Origin: the human T2T-CHM13v2.0 reference genome, Homo sapiens
Length of the DNA: 64,000 nucleotides
Strand: one strand, 5' to 3'
NCBI RefSeq assembly: GCF_009914755.1
Contig: NC_060933.1
Under the pieces are notes generated by a model, which saw only the letters and a list, made by a program, of their open reading frames with translations, did not search any database and had not been told where the DNA came from. Below are positions 27,456-44,248 of this stretch, one piece after another; positions within the stretch are counted from its first letter, which is position 1; each line of letters begins with the position of its first letter. A program made the position numbers and the translations under genes.

Positions 27456-28340
27456 TATGTACTGGGGTACAGAACAAGAAAGAGCTGGGAAGCACACCTT
27501 CTATTCTGTGTTCACCTAATTCTAACAAAAACCAAATCAACAACCCTAACTCTATACCTGAGTTTGTTTTACAATTGTTGTTGTTATTATTGTCATTATT
27601 ATTCTTTTAAAGCAAAGATTCATCTTTTACAACAGCTCTTGGAGGCAATTCTCTTTCAGAGATGTGGGAGAGTGAGCTGAACTATGCCACAAAACAACCT
27701 CAGGTAGACCACGGACTAGAAACCTTGCATGTTGCCTGGAAGTAAAGATTCCTCAGTAGCCTAAGATGGAAATGTACATCTCCAATTTTTCTTTATAAAA
27801 CAGACAGCAGTTGCCAAAAACATGGTTCCTTCATGGCTCTGTTCCCAAAATGATATGTCCAGCTGGCACTTAGTTTCCTATAATAGCGTGTGCTCTGTTA
27901 CCCTGTAAACTCTACTGCAGAAACGGGATTCTAGCAGGCAGATGGGAGAGCCTCATGGATGATGATAGAAAGTGGGAAAGTGAGTGAAGAAGAGAATAAT
28001 CCCCCACATCATCCTGAACTCCCTCAAAAGGCTGAACAGCAAAAAGGGGACCAGTTGGCTTCAGGGACGTGGGTGTCAGAGGATTTACACTTCAAGGAAT
28101 CAGACACTATAAACAAACACAGTTATACTCATACCTCCTACATTATTCAGATTAACAAATATACATATCCCATGATCATTCCCAAATCAGCTCAGTGCTA
28201 GGCTTTCCTAGGAATGGTGATTCCCACCCCTCTCCTAATGGCAACAGTAAACCTAAAAGATACCTTTGGATCTAGAAAGACACAGGTCCTCAGCAGCTCT
28301 AAAATGGTTGGCAGAGAGTGATGAAAATTTTTATTATCAT

Positions 28341-29055
<715 letters not shown>

Positions 29056-29092
29056 ATCGTGTATACAGGGTGTGCTGTATGCCCTGCACTCT

Positions 29093-29170
29093 ATTCACAT
29101 TTTTGCCTTGAATCCTCATCATGGCCTTGCAATTCACATTTTTGCATTGAATCCTCATCATGGCCTTGCA
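29093..29170. repeat. 39-bp tandem duplication within a MIR
   Basis: 29093-29131 vs 29132-29170, one mismatch. Confidence 0.95.
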
Positions 29171-29647
29171 AACAGGCATTATTAGCCTTATATTTTTATA
29201 TGCAGAAACTGAGATGCAGAAAAAATTATTTGCTAGCAGTCACACAGAAAGGGGGTAGCAGAGCACAGCTCCCAGAATAGGTCGTCAGGCTCCAAAACCC
29301 ATAGAAACCATGCAATGAGCCATACTTCAAGTAAGAAGATGGCCCTTCCATCCCCTGATTCATAAGATGGCAGCTGAGGGTTATTTTCCCTTATAATAAC
29401 TGATGGCAGTCAGGTAAACATTCTTGCCCTCTCCTCCCTGGAGCCAGCAGTTGCCAATGGCAGAATGGTTTGATACAAAGTTATTTCCCAGGAAATCTAA
29501 CTTTTCTGAGTAGCATAATTATGCAGCAAATGTTCTGTAGGCCTTATCTTAAATGTAAGGAGTTGGAGGTCAAACTAACCACTAAAGTCAGGGGAATTCA
29601 AAAGAATAGATAGCATGCAATTCACACATGCTAATGGACTCTCTCTA

Positions 29648-30118
<471 letters not shown>

Positions 30119-31241
30119 CTAGCCCCTTCCCACTCTTAGGTTATGTCTAAGTGTGGATGCCTCTTGATCAGCAGCAATATTTAAGGACAAAAATAAACAT
30201 AAGGCGATGACAAGCTCCGCTATACCTGATGAAAACACATTTCTGAAGTGTAAGCAAATGGACATTTGTCAGTAAATAGTTTAATGTTAGAATAAACGTT
30301 CTTTCCTCTCATAGCAAGCTTCATTTTCCTTCACCAAATGGCTCTTCAATCTCCCTCACCTCAGCAGAACCCCAGGATCAGATGGTGGGAGGGAGGGACA
30401 AATGATCACAGAACTCTGCTTGGTAAAATATGAGAGTGACTCCAGCCAGAACAGATGTTTGCATCATCACTTAGCCATGTATCACCAGGGAACAGCTGGG
30501 AAGTGTTGTGTGTTGCCAAATTTGATCAAAAGAATTTTAAGTTTGGAACAATGTTTAGAGATGATCAGCATGAAGAGGCGAAAAATAAAGGAGTCTTAAA
30601 GTTACAGAACTTGCTTAAACCATCACAGTAACAAAGGTGATGTTTAGGTAGCAGAAGCCTCCGATGGAGGATTGCTTAGGCCACCAGGCCAGGGAACGAA
30701 TGCTTAAGCAAAGACCTAGAAGCCAAAGTTTCTCAAGGCCTCTTCAGGGAACAGCAACTAAAATTATTTGAACTCGAGTTCTCCATGGGGACAGAGTAAT
30801 ATAAAGAAGAGTAAAGCCAATAAAAAAGCACCAATTTCGATATTTTGAAGATATATACATTATAGATGGAGCAAGGTAGAGCAGTATGTACTCTGATCTT
30901 CAGAAAGTTGTGGAATAATAACACAATTACACAAGGATAGTTTTGAATGTCTTGCATTTGTTTAATGCAGGTGTTTCATTGTTAAGTTTATTTTCCTATC
31001 TAATTTTGAGGCCAACCAGCTGAAATTCTCCAGAGAGGAAAGCAAGAGTGTCAGGAATGCTGAGGCTCTTGCACTCATCCCAGGGACTGTGCACAGAGCC
31101 ACAGTCATAGATGAGGACCCCAGAACATGCGGTGGTAACCCTGGGCCATGCAAGGAGGACTGATTACCTCCAGGCAGGGATGGGGCACCAACACTGCCAT
31201 CAGGAGAAAGCCTATAAGCAAAGCCTCCTAGAGTCTCATAT

Positions 31242-31758
<517 letters not shown>

Positions 31759-31767
31759 GTCAAGAGT

Positions 31768-31925
31768 AAATCTTCTTGAACGTTAATGTGCCTTTAAATC
31801 ACTTGAAGATCTTATTAAAATGTAGCTTCTTATGGAGTAGTCTGGGGAGGGGCCTGAGTCTCTGCATTTCTAACAAGCTCCAGGTGGATGCAGACGGTCG
31901 TGGCCATGGCCCTTGCTGAGAGGCT
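31768..31925. mobile_element. MER5A/B
   Basis: aatcacttgaagatcttattaaaatg...ggggcctgagtctctgcatttctaacaagctcc. Confidence 0.75.
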
Positions 31926-33359
31926 AGGGAGGAGGCACAATGACCCTGTTCAACGCTGGCCTTGAGCTGAATGGTAAACATGTCTCCTGCTCTTACACAA
32001 AGAGCACCTTGTACATTCAAATTGCAGTTCTATAAAACAGTGAATGTTAGACGATACAGAATCACTTTCCCTTGTCTACCCTTCCACCCTTACACTATGT
32101 GGTTTTCAAAAATTTCAGGGTTCGAAGCAAAAATATACAGACCACTGAATCTCTATCTTCGCTACACTATCTGCAATGGAGATTTCCTTAAGAGAAAGCC
32201 TGCCCGGTATAATTTAAGCAGCTGTGTTTCTAGAAGATAAGAGCAGCCCTTGTACATTCGGACACAATGGTATCTTAAAGAGAAATAGGCATGTGCAAAA
32301 ATTCAATGTGGCTGCATTAGTACAACATATTTAGAGTAATGAAAAAGAAGAAAGAAGCTCTCCAAGCTTAAAAACAGAAAATTGCATCACAATAGAAAAA
32401 ATCCCACAGATAAATATACCAAATAATCTATCTGTAGCATTGCCACAGTTTCCAAACAGAAATAACTCACACGGTTTCATCTTTAAAAACAAGAAGACAG
32501 ATATATCTGTGATGTACATAACCTAACATTTCCAAATGATCCCAATTAATCATATAACTATCCACACAAAGTAGGTCTTACTGTTTTCATTTTTACAGGT
32601 GTGAATACCAACTCTCAGACGAAGTAAGAAACTGCCTGGGGTTCACCCAGTTCTATCTGGCTTTGCAACTCATACTGGTTTTATTGTCCTGCGCTACTGC
32701 TCCAACTAGTATGAAAAACTAGTTTACAAGTAGATGAGAAGAGGGCAATGACACCCTGTAAGCAGAATAACTATTGCAGACTGGCAGCCTCTTCTCCCAG
32801 CTAGCTACAGTTTACTCACCTGCAAGTGGAATGGCTCACCCATCTGTCCATTAAAAGATTAATCTTATCATTAAGAGATTTCTGCTAAAAGCACTGAGGG
32901 AAAACATAAACCAGTATGTTCATTATTTAATCTTGCTGGGTTTTACAGGATTTACAGTAATTATGGGTTAATGTAGATATATATCCTAGATTATAGAATA
33001 ACCATCCAGAGAAAAATCCAAGAGTGAGCTTGTAACAAGGTCCCCTGCATGAGAATTAGCAGCCAGAGTACAACCTGGGACGTGACAACTGGTATGAGCA
33101 TGTTCTCACAACCAAGCAACCTGGCTGAAAAGTGAGTCATGAGGTTGTGGGGAGAGGTGGGGGCCATCAGAGCATTCATCATCCTAGCTTGTGAGAGTGA
33201 ATGGGGGCACTCACAGACAACAGGAGTATGCATGAACTGGCCCAGGGAAACCTGTCCAGCAGGCACCTTATTCAGAAGCCTTGATGTTAGGGAGTTGGAT
33301 TTTTCTCTGAAAGGAGAGGAAGCCACCAAATGAGTGGCATAATCCAACTTTGCATTTTA

Positions 33360-33739
<380 letters not shown>

Positions 33740-35484
33740 TCACAGGCTTAGTCCATAAGAAATGTGTGCACATGTGCTCACAAGCGTGAGCAAACCATCC
33801 TAAGAAAATTCAGAATCTGGGGCTAATTTTAAACCCGCTAATGTTGACCTAAATTAGACACAAAAAAAGTTGAATTCTTCCTATGCCAAAACTAACCCCC
33901 AACTCTCATGCTCCTCCCCTGGCAAGGTCTACTGCATGGTATTATAGAAAGTGGAACCAGCCCTTCAGGCCAGAGGGCACCACCTGGAAAAGCAACAAGC
34001 CATTGTCCTCAATAGGGAAACAGTTACCAACAGCAAAATGCAGCCAGACGAAAATCTGTCTGGATTGTTCCAGTCATTTGTTGAGCATCTCCTACATGTT
34101 GGCACTGCAAATGTAAAGATAACCGAGGCACAATTCCTGTTCTCAAGAAACATATGGACAGACAAGGCAGTTATTCTGATACAATGTGAGAGGCATGGCA
34201 GAGGCCGGCCCCGGTGCTAAGAGCACAAAAGAGGAGCAGGTGATGCACGCTCTGTGTCATCGTGTCTTTTGGCACAAAGTGTGGTTTCCAGACTTAGCAA
34301 CATCCTGTATTACCTGGAAGCTTGCTGGAAATGCAGAATCTCAGGCCCACCTCAGATGAGTTAGCCAAAGGAGGATAAGTGGGAGGAGGCATTTAAAAGA
34401 CAGGAAATGGCAGAAGCAAAATGACCGGTGTGAGAGGGATGGTTGCACATTCCCAGCTTGCAGAGATCAACATGCCTGAAGCACAGACTAACAGGCACAA
34501 GGTGGTAAACAGAGAAGCTTTGAAGGGGTGGAGAGGAAGACCAGGTAGAACCTTCTGAGTTACAGGCCTGAGACACATCACTGTACTTGGCAGAAGGGAC
34601 ACCAAGGAGATCAGGTGGTCCAGACAAGCTTCGGTTTGGAGGGAGCCAAGAGTTGTCTGGCACAGGCTTGAGAACTTGGAGAAGGGAACTTAGCTGGTTT
34701 TGTGAAACCAAACAAACTTATTTCCCCTTAATGACATTGCTTCCCAGCTAGATCTGTGCCAAAGAGTAAAAAGAAAAGCACTCAAAGAACCTTCACTACT
34801 CGATCTCAGTCCAGGCACAGGGCTTGGGCAGGGTTTCTTAAAGGCACCTAAGTATAGGAATTACCTGGAGCATTTGTTCAAAATTCAGGTTCCCAGACCA
34901 AAGTGTAATCTGTGGAATCAGAAACCCATGAGAATGGCCTGAGGAGTATAGGCTTGGGAAGCAGCCAGGGTGATTCCACACATCAGGAAACCTGGGGTCT
35001 GTGGGTGAGGGATGGAGAGCACCTGATTCCTAACACTGTAGGTGGTCAGCAAGTCATAGGTTCCCCTCTGGCCCTGTCACAATAACCCAAGAGGTTGGAA
35101 GGTGCTGACTCCACTCCATGTGCTCCTTATAGAGGTTGTTCAGGTCACACATCCCTTAGGGGACAGAACATGAAAAACAGTCTTGCTCGGTACCTGACCT
35201 AGAAAGGTGTCATTCTTGATGTGCTAGTCTTACATATTTAATGGTAGACTTGTTCCTCTCTCCATATTTGATTCATTCAATACTCATCATTCAGTACCTG
35301 TTAGGTACAGGCACCTAATAGGTACAAGCAAGAAAACTTGAGTTCTCTGACAGATGAAAGTATTAGTTAATGTTAGTATGAACTGACTCTTGAACTTTGA
35401 CAAATATAAGTATTTATATATATATGAATATATGTATATATCTAACTCAGTGTCTTTATACCTTTTAAAAAGATGAATCTAGAA

Positions 35485-36298
<814 letters not shown>

Positions 36299-39200
36299 TC
36301 ATGTTGGTCTGATGTATTTTATAAATATTTAGTCCTCAGTTCATTTAGTAATTATAATAATTTTCATTATTTATACCATGTATTAAGGCATGTGCTGGGT
36401 GTTCTTTACATATCTCTAATCATCATTAAAACCTTGTAAGGTATAATCATTCCGCTGCAGTTGGAGAAGATGAAGTTGGGTGATGCCTTTAGCCTAAAAT
36501 CACACCACTTGGAAATACTGAAGCTCAGATTTGCACCCATTAACTCCAAAGCCCAAGTTCTTCCTACCATATCAAGTTCTTTCCAGAAAGATCTTTAACC
36601 CAATAATGTATGTTTTACTCATTATCTTGATAATGATGTAAGCATGAAAGCAAGTTAATTCCTCCTAACCTTGCCCTTGATATGTAGATCTACTCTTCAT
36701 TGAAGCTAAAACACACACGCACACACACACACAACTCATATGTAATAGCAACAAATAATGGACGGCATGGCCTCCTTAGGAAAAAATGAAAGCTAATTAA
36801 AATAATCTCTATTGAATGTAGGCTAAATTTATTTGTGCTGAGGTTCTATAATTCATGAGAATTAACGTGACTGATCCATAGAAGATATTCACATAAAGAG
36901 GAAATAAGCAGTTAATACTTCTCTTCGTAGTCATGCCATAGCAAGTGGCCATCAGCTTCCAGAGCTGATGCCTCCCGTCACATCTGAAGCTCTCCTACTG
37001 TGATGTCTCACCATTGCTTGGGGCTCAGGTACTCTGTACAATGAGAGCTTCCTTTCAGGTTCCTGTCACTTGGAAGATCCATCTTGATCCTGGCTCCAGC
37101 CCCCTGCTTGGCAACTCAGCCCTATCAATTATTAATCCATCTCCAGCTTTCATCGCCCGTTTCTCCCTCTCCCTTTGATCTTTTTCCTCAGCTTACAAAC
37201 ATTCTCCCCAGGACATCCTTAAAAATGCCCTTTGCTTTCACTCTGATATGCTCTTATGCACTAAGCTCTCTCTCCCACTCCCTTCTCTGCCCACCTTGTA
37301 GAAGGAGCCCAGCCTGTCCCAAGGTCCCACGTCCTTGCCACCTTCTCATCATTTAATCCTGTTTCCTCATCTACAAAATTGAGATAATCATGCTTCTTCC
37401 TGGGCCTTCGTGAGGCTTCTGTGAGAATGTGTGCATGATGCCAGGTGCTGAGTGGGAGATTATTAGTCTTCTCCTTCTTAACAATTTTTCTCTCTCTCTT
37501 GGATTCCATTTTGCCCCTTATTCTTTATCCTGGTCCTGGGTCTTCGTCTCTTGTCTCTGCCATTTGTTCAGGGATCTCATTCAGCCCCCTGGCTCCAACT
37601 CTGACCTCTATGCAGAGATGCGAATGATTCTCAAACTCAATATCCAGACTTAACCCTTCACGCATAAGTCAGCAGGTCCCAAGCCAACCCCAGATCACAG
37701 AGAACCCACTATTCACCAACTGCTTCTCCTCACCACCACCATTGCCAGTTTCTTAGAATTCGGATATCGTAATCATCATGAACTCCTTTGTTCCCCCATC
37801 ACTAATCACTTACTAAAGGCTGTCTTATTCTATATTATACATAATGCTTGAATCAAGGCCTTTCTGATCATACCTTATCCCTAGCCTTGGTCTCAACACC
37901 TCTAGTTGAAACAACTTCAAGAGACACCTGCCTAACTCCTTCCCTGCTCCTGTATCTCTTCCCTCCTCTTTGTCCTACAAGCCAATGCAGAGAGACCTTC
38001 CTAAAACACAACCCTTGTCCCACGCTGGCCCCTCCTTCTGCAGCCCCCTGTAACCTCCAAATAAAACCCCAAGATTGGCTCCATTTGGTAGAAGCTCCAT
38101 TTGGTGGAAGCTGAGTGATCTGTACCAGCCACCATATTGAGAAATTTTTATCCCTGTACATGTGTATAAGTACATGTAAATGTATATCATGTGGGTTTAG
38201 ACACGTGCAGATGACAAAGACCTAAGGCAGACTAATGCTCAGAGTAGAAAAGAGTAATTAGTAAGCTGGCAGATCATAAGTCTCTCCACATATTTGTTCC
38301 TTAACTTGTTAAAATTATAAAACAATGACCATGATAAAAGAAAAACTTTTTTTTCATAAAATGGCTTGCTTTTTTTTAAGAAATGTCTTTCATTTCACAC
38401 CAACGAGCCAGCAAACATTCACCTATCTTTTTCACTCTAAAGTTTAAAGCCGTTGGTAGCCCCACGTCCATATCTTCGATGTTTAAAAACAGATGTTTAA
38501 AAATTACAGATTTCCCTAAAATCTGAAAAGCTGGCCTCTTGAAAACTCAGCTGACCACTTGGCACTGGCTCAGCATGGCATCACCCTTGTGCAGGGAGCT
38601 GGCTGGAGAGGAGTAACAAACAGCTGTCCCTGTGGCCAGGCCACCCACCCTGCTCTCTGGCCACATTCATGCCTGCACCACTTAGTTCCTTTAGATCACC
38701 TATCTGACCCCTCTAGGAATTTGATGCTTTGGCCCCTCATATAAACAATGAGGTCTTATTGTAATTCCGTGGTATTAGAGCCCTGTGATAGGCAAAGCAT
38801 GTCCAGCAAGTTCATTCTGAGCAAAACATCCTTTTAGGTGAGATCCATTGGCCCTTTATTGAACTCATGGAAGGAGCACGTTCATTTCAGATTGTGCATT
38901 TCCAGCTTCTTGGGAATGTCCAATAGCGTGGATGTTTGAGAACATCAGCCACTTCAGATGTACGCCTTCCCTCATCTAACTAGTCTCCCTGCCATAAATG
39001 AATATGACATTGGTATAATGTATTTCGTGTTTTGCACAATGAAACTAGCACCACATGTGCTTCCAAATGCTCATTATTCCCATGTGGATAATTTATTCTC
39101 CTACATTTTCAGGGATATGAGTTAGAATGACTTGTTATGCCCTCCAAAATCATCTTTGTTTTCTTAAAAATGCTAGGACAAACTGAATTAAAATCTAAAA

Positions 39201-40504
39201 ATTTTAATTTATCTTAATTAATACTCTAGCCTTTCCTTCCTTATTCTATTCTGATTTTTTTCCCTATTCTAACTTTTTACTTTGTATTTCACAAGGTATA
39301 ATCTTAAACAGTTTTGTGGTTAAGTTTAGCGTTTTTTTTTATGAGATGAAACATTTGACTTCTCTGCTATTTTAGGTTCTGAGAGTATCAGCTTTTGCTG
39401 AAGGTATAAAGGTGTCAAAAGTGTCACTTGTCCTTCTCTTGTCTCTGATTTGTTGACCATGAGGCCCTTTTTAACTTCCCCAATTGCAGCTCCCTTACTA
39501 TTTTGTCTTCTCCAGTTTTGTGCCTGCACTTGGTGTTATTTTTCCATACTCTCACCTCCTGACCTGGCCTGAGTTCTAGGTGGAAGTTTCCATTTGCCTT
39601 TCAGGAATGAGCTCTTATCAAAAGATCACTAACTCATAAACATGCTTGCTTGCCAGCTGCTGGCACAGCACTCTGCAGAGAGAGGACACTTAGTTCAATG
39701 TGGGACTTGGGCTTCTTCAGAGAAACCCTAGCACTCTTCAGAAGGAACCCGTGGCAGCTCGAGGCATAGACAATCCTCATTAGGTACCCAATATTTATTA
39801 ACTAAACTCTTCACCCAACTCCCTTCCCTCATTGCATTCCCAATCTAGTGGCTGGAAAGGACACTGCCACACACCTGGAAGCAATGGACTTAAAACACGG
39901 CATTGCAAGAGTCTTCCCCACATCCGGCCCTCTGGATGCCTAGCCTTGTCCCAGGATGCTGGTTAACTTGTATGATGACAGGGAAGGATGGGCTAGAGTG
40001 ATATTTTAAGTGCAATCTCCTCCATAAACCACTTCTACAGCTCTGGCCTTGCCACTGAGCCAGGAGCCAAGTCTGCCAGGTCACTATGTTTCCTTTGCCC
40101 CAAGGAATCCAGGAAAATACCGAGAGCACTGCCAGATGGCAAGCAGCCACCAAGGCTGCTGGGTGGCCCGGGAGGAATGTGACTGTGTGTCCTTTGTGTG
40201 GTGTGGCCCCCTCCCTCAGCCTGGCCAGCCTCTGCTCCCCAGCAGTCCACGCACATTCCAAGGTTTTATGTGTGCATTTCAATGAAGCCCAGCACCCCAC
40301 CACAGAAAATGTCACCACTGCCTCAGGCCCTCCGGGACTTTTAAAGCTTTGAGCCCAGCAGGTTAAACTTATAAAACAAAGGTCATAGATCACTCATCCA
40401 ATGCCTGAATAAATATCTGTTTGTAAGTTCAATATAAAAGGAATATAAGTTTAATATGAAAGGAATTCTTCCATTATCCTTTTTTTCTTAAATAGATTTA
40501 ACAG

Positions 40505-40934
40505 ATTTAAAAAAATTTTAATTTCAATAGCTTTAGAGGTACAAGCATTTTTGGTTATGTGGACAAATTATATAGTGCTGAAGTAGGATTTTACTGCACC
40601 TGTCACCCAAGTAGTGTACATTGTACCCAGTAAGTAGTTTTTCATCCTTTACCCTCCTTCTGAGTCTCCAATGTCCATTATACAACTCTGCATGCCTTTG
40701 CATACCTATAGCTTAGCTTCCACTTATAAGTGAGAACTAGGTTTTTGGTTTTCCATTCCTGAGTTACTTCACTTAGAATTATGGCTTCTAGTTCCATCCA
40801 AGTTGCCAAAAAAGACATCATTTTTTTCTTTTTAGTGGCTGAGTAGTATTCCTTGGTGTATATATACCACATTTTCTTTATCAATGCATTCATCAGTTGA
40901 TGGGCATTAGGTTGATTCCATATCTTTGCAATTG
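40505..40934 (-). mobile_element. L1PB 3' end
   Basis: Reverse ORF KKMWYIYTKEYYSATKK...WMELEAIILSEVTQEWKTK; same 3'UTR type as the 25.9-kb copy. Confidence 0.9.
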
Positions 40935-41196
40935 CTTTTCATTCTTAAAATGTTTCCTTATTATAAAAAAATCTCAAGAGGCTAGGAAGGCAATTAATGC
41001 ATGCTTAGTTCATGATATTAATAAAGAACATTGGTGGAAGTGAAACTTCACCACATCATAAAATTCTGCATGCTCAGGGATCATAACGGAAGCAGGAGGT
41101 TAGGACACCATAAGAAAAAGAGAAGGGGAATTAGGCCTTCCCACAGAACTATGCCTTGTCCCTCTCATGTTTTCCTCACAGGCAAACTCTTCAAAG

Positions 41197-41708
41197 CAGC
41201 AGTCCCCAACCTTTTTGGCACCAGGGACCAGTTTAATGGAAGACAATTTTTCCACGGATCAAGGTGGAAGTGGGGTGGTTTCAGGATGACTCAAGCACAT
41301 CACATTTATTGTGCACTTTATTTCTATTATTATTACATTGTAATACATAATGAAATAATTATACAACTTACCACAATGTAGAATCAGTGGGAGCCCTGAG
41401 CTTGTTTTCCTGCAACTAGACAGTCCAATCTGAGGGTGATGGGAGACAGTGACAGATCATCAGGCATTAGATTCTCATAGGGAATGTGCAACCTAGATCC
41501 CTTGTATGCACAGTCCACAATAGGGTCTGCACCCCTATGAGAATCTAATGTCACCACTGATCTGACAGGTGGCAGAGCTCAGGTGGTAATGCCAGCTATG
41601 GGGAGTGGCTGTAAATACAGATGAAGCTTCACTTGATCACCCACCACTCACCTCCTGCTGTGCAGCCCGGTTCCTACTGGTCTGTGGCCCAGGGGCTGGG
41701 GACCCCTG
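41197..41708 (-). mobile_element. MER1A, full length
   Basis: TIRs cagcagtccccaacc and ggctggggacccctg; degenerate 8-bp TSD cttcaaag/ccttaaag; colinear with 1114-1598. Confidence 0.93.
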
Positions 41709-42059
41709 CCTTAAAGGACTTGTGTCAAAAGTCACCATCTTGCTCTATTCTGCAAATTCCCTCTTGACCACCTCCTCTTTAGGGCAGCAGAGGGCTTCCT
41801 GTCTGGAGCTCCAAGCCTGAAAGACATCTGCAGGGAGGCACAGTGTTTCTTCATAAACTTCCTTCCTCAAGCTCACAGGCTTGGCAGTTTGCTTAGTAAA
41901 TATCAAATTCTCCCCAAACTAAAAAATAAAGATTGCTCCTGGCTAGGTGTACCTTGACCACTGGACTCTCAGTCCTCTGAGCCTCTGATGGAGTTTGAGG
42001 TCACTTTTAGGAGACTGTGCCGTGGTCTCCACAGGCAGAAGAAAAAGAATGTGGCCTGT

Positions 42060-42272
42060 TCTGCAAGGCAGTGGAGTTAGACACAGGGGGACTTCAGTTC
42101 ACATCCTGGCCCTGGCCCTTCCTGGTTGTGTCACCTGGGAAAGGCCACTTGGCTCTCTGAACCTTGGTTTCCTTGACTGTGAATGGGGACAAATGTCCAA
42201 CACTAAACAAGAGGATGCACACAAAGCTCCCAGCAGCCTACCTGGCCCATGGCACTCACAAGCCCAATAAAC
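42060..42272 (+). mobile_element. MIR
   Basis: gttcacatcctggccctggcccttcctggttgtgtcacctggg...tctctgaaccttggtttcc. Confidence 0.65.
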
Positions 42273-42529
42273 CTAAACTCACCCATCCCTTCCTGCTTAC
42301 CCAGCAGTAGAACAATGGGTTTTCTGAATCATTAAGTCATTTTAACAAGCTTTTAAAAGCAAACTAGCTCAAACCAAAGGAGACACAGCCCATGCTTATC
42401 AACAGTCCTCTCCCAATGTCTTAAAGCCTTGGGATTCTCATGGTTTCCAGTGGAGGTCAAGGAGAAAAGAAGTGTTGTAACATGATCAGAAATGTATGGC
42501 CTCCCCTTTAAAGAGGAAACTATAATTAA

Positions 42530-42884
<355 letters not shown>

Positions 42885-43244
42885 GGAACCCCTTATTTAG
42901 TGTTCCTTGCTCAGTGTTTCTCCAGCTCTGCAGCCACCCTTATGGAAACTGGAACCACTCTGCTACACACATGGACTTCCATTTGATTTCCTCTTAGTCA
43001 ACACACAGTGTGCAGTGTGCTTCTGAATTCAAATATCCAGGCCCACCTGGCAGATCCTTTGGTCCCTCCTAGTTTGGAAAAGGGAGGATCTCGTGAAATC
43101 AGGTATCCTGCTTAAGAGAAAGTTTGTGCCTTTCAAAAGTGAGCTCTAAAGCCACCACAAACCAGAAAGCCAGCAAGGAGTGCTCAAGGTTCCAGATCAA
43201 GAGCTCCCTGACCACTGGCCTCACTAGGGCATCATCTGGAGTGG

Positions 43245-43323
43245 CAGAGTCCTACCCTAAACCACAGCCGTCGTTGAGAAGGCACAGAGTCCTTCCCTAA
43301 ACCACAGCCACCACCGAGAAGGC
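43245..43323. repeat. 40-bp tandem duplication
   Basis: cagagtcct(a/t)ccctaaaccacagcc...gagaaggc present twice. Confidence 0.9.
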
Positions 43324-44213
43324 TGTCTTTTAGCCAGTTACTTCTTGGTATGAATTATTTTAACCTGGATAGCTTAACAAGAAGCCATGTTGATTGCAAT
43401 GAAAGAACCTTTTGTTTTGTTCCAGTTTTATTTGGGTTTGAGGGGCAAGGGGCGTTAGAATTAAGACAAATCCATTTTGGTGATTTGAGAATGACTTTGT
43501 TTAAAATTGAGATGTTTTTAGGGGCTTGTTTCAAATGGAGATTCCCTAACCCATCCCCAGATTCTGATTCAGTAAATATGAGGTGGAAACCAAGAATATA
43601 CCTTTTTCTATCAACCCTCTGCCCTAGTGACTTTAACATGGTCCTAAGACCACAATAGAGAGAAATTGGATCAGGATATGCCACCCAAAAATCCCCAGAA
43701 CCTTAATTTGGCTTGAGACAAAAGTTAAATCCCCACAAACTAATTATTTAAAAAAGAGAACCCAGAATATGCACATGTTCAGGAATCAGAAGCAGGAAAA
43801 TCATGGTGCATCAAAGCCTCCCTAGCAGCCCCACACAACACTGATTCTCTCTACCCACAGTCCTACCTTCACTCTTAACTCCAGCTCACCCTGTCCTCAT
43901 CCCGGCAATCCCTCTCCTGAGATTCTGATCTTGGACTCTGACTTTGCAGCATCCACCTTGAGATAAAGCAGCTCCAAAAGAAAGAAATGTCCGTGGAAAT
44001 CCATTAAAACCACTTGTTGTTCTCTCACACTAAGGGTCAAATCATAGCTCCTGAAACATAATTAAATAAAGTCATTGACACATAAAACTGTCTGCACGAC
44101 AGGCTTTACAAAGGGCTCAAAGGGCTTTGCTATTTTTAGCTTTTTACTAAATAAGAATCTAGTGTGTCCAAATTAATCACACATTTTTCCTTTGCCAAAT
44201 TTTAATTAATAAG

Positions 44214-44214
<1 letters not shown>

Positions 44215-44247
<33 letters not shown>
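44215..44247. repeat. (TG)16 microsatellite
   Basis: Direct reading. Confidence 0.95.

Positions 44248-44248
<1 letters not shown>

Noticed and set aside
33965-33985. CTCF-like ggccagagggcacc (also 56221-56236)
   Set aside because: Only partial core matches; the 5' CC positions mismatch.
39890-40393. 167-aa minus ORF with overlapping frames
   Set aside because: Locally GC-richer sequence with few stops; no homology recognised.
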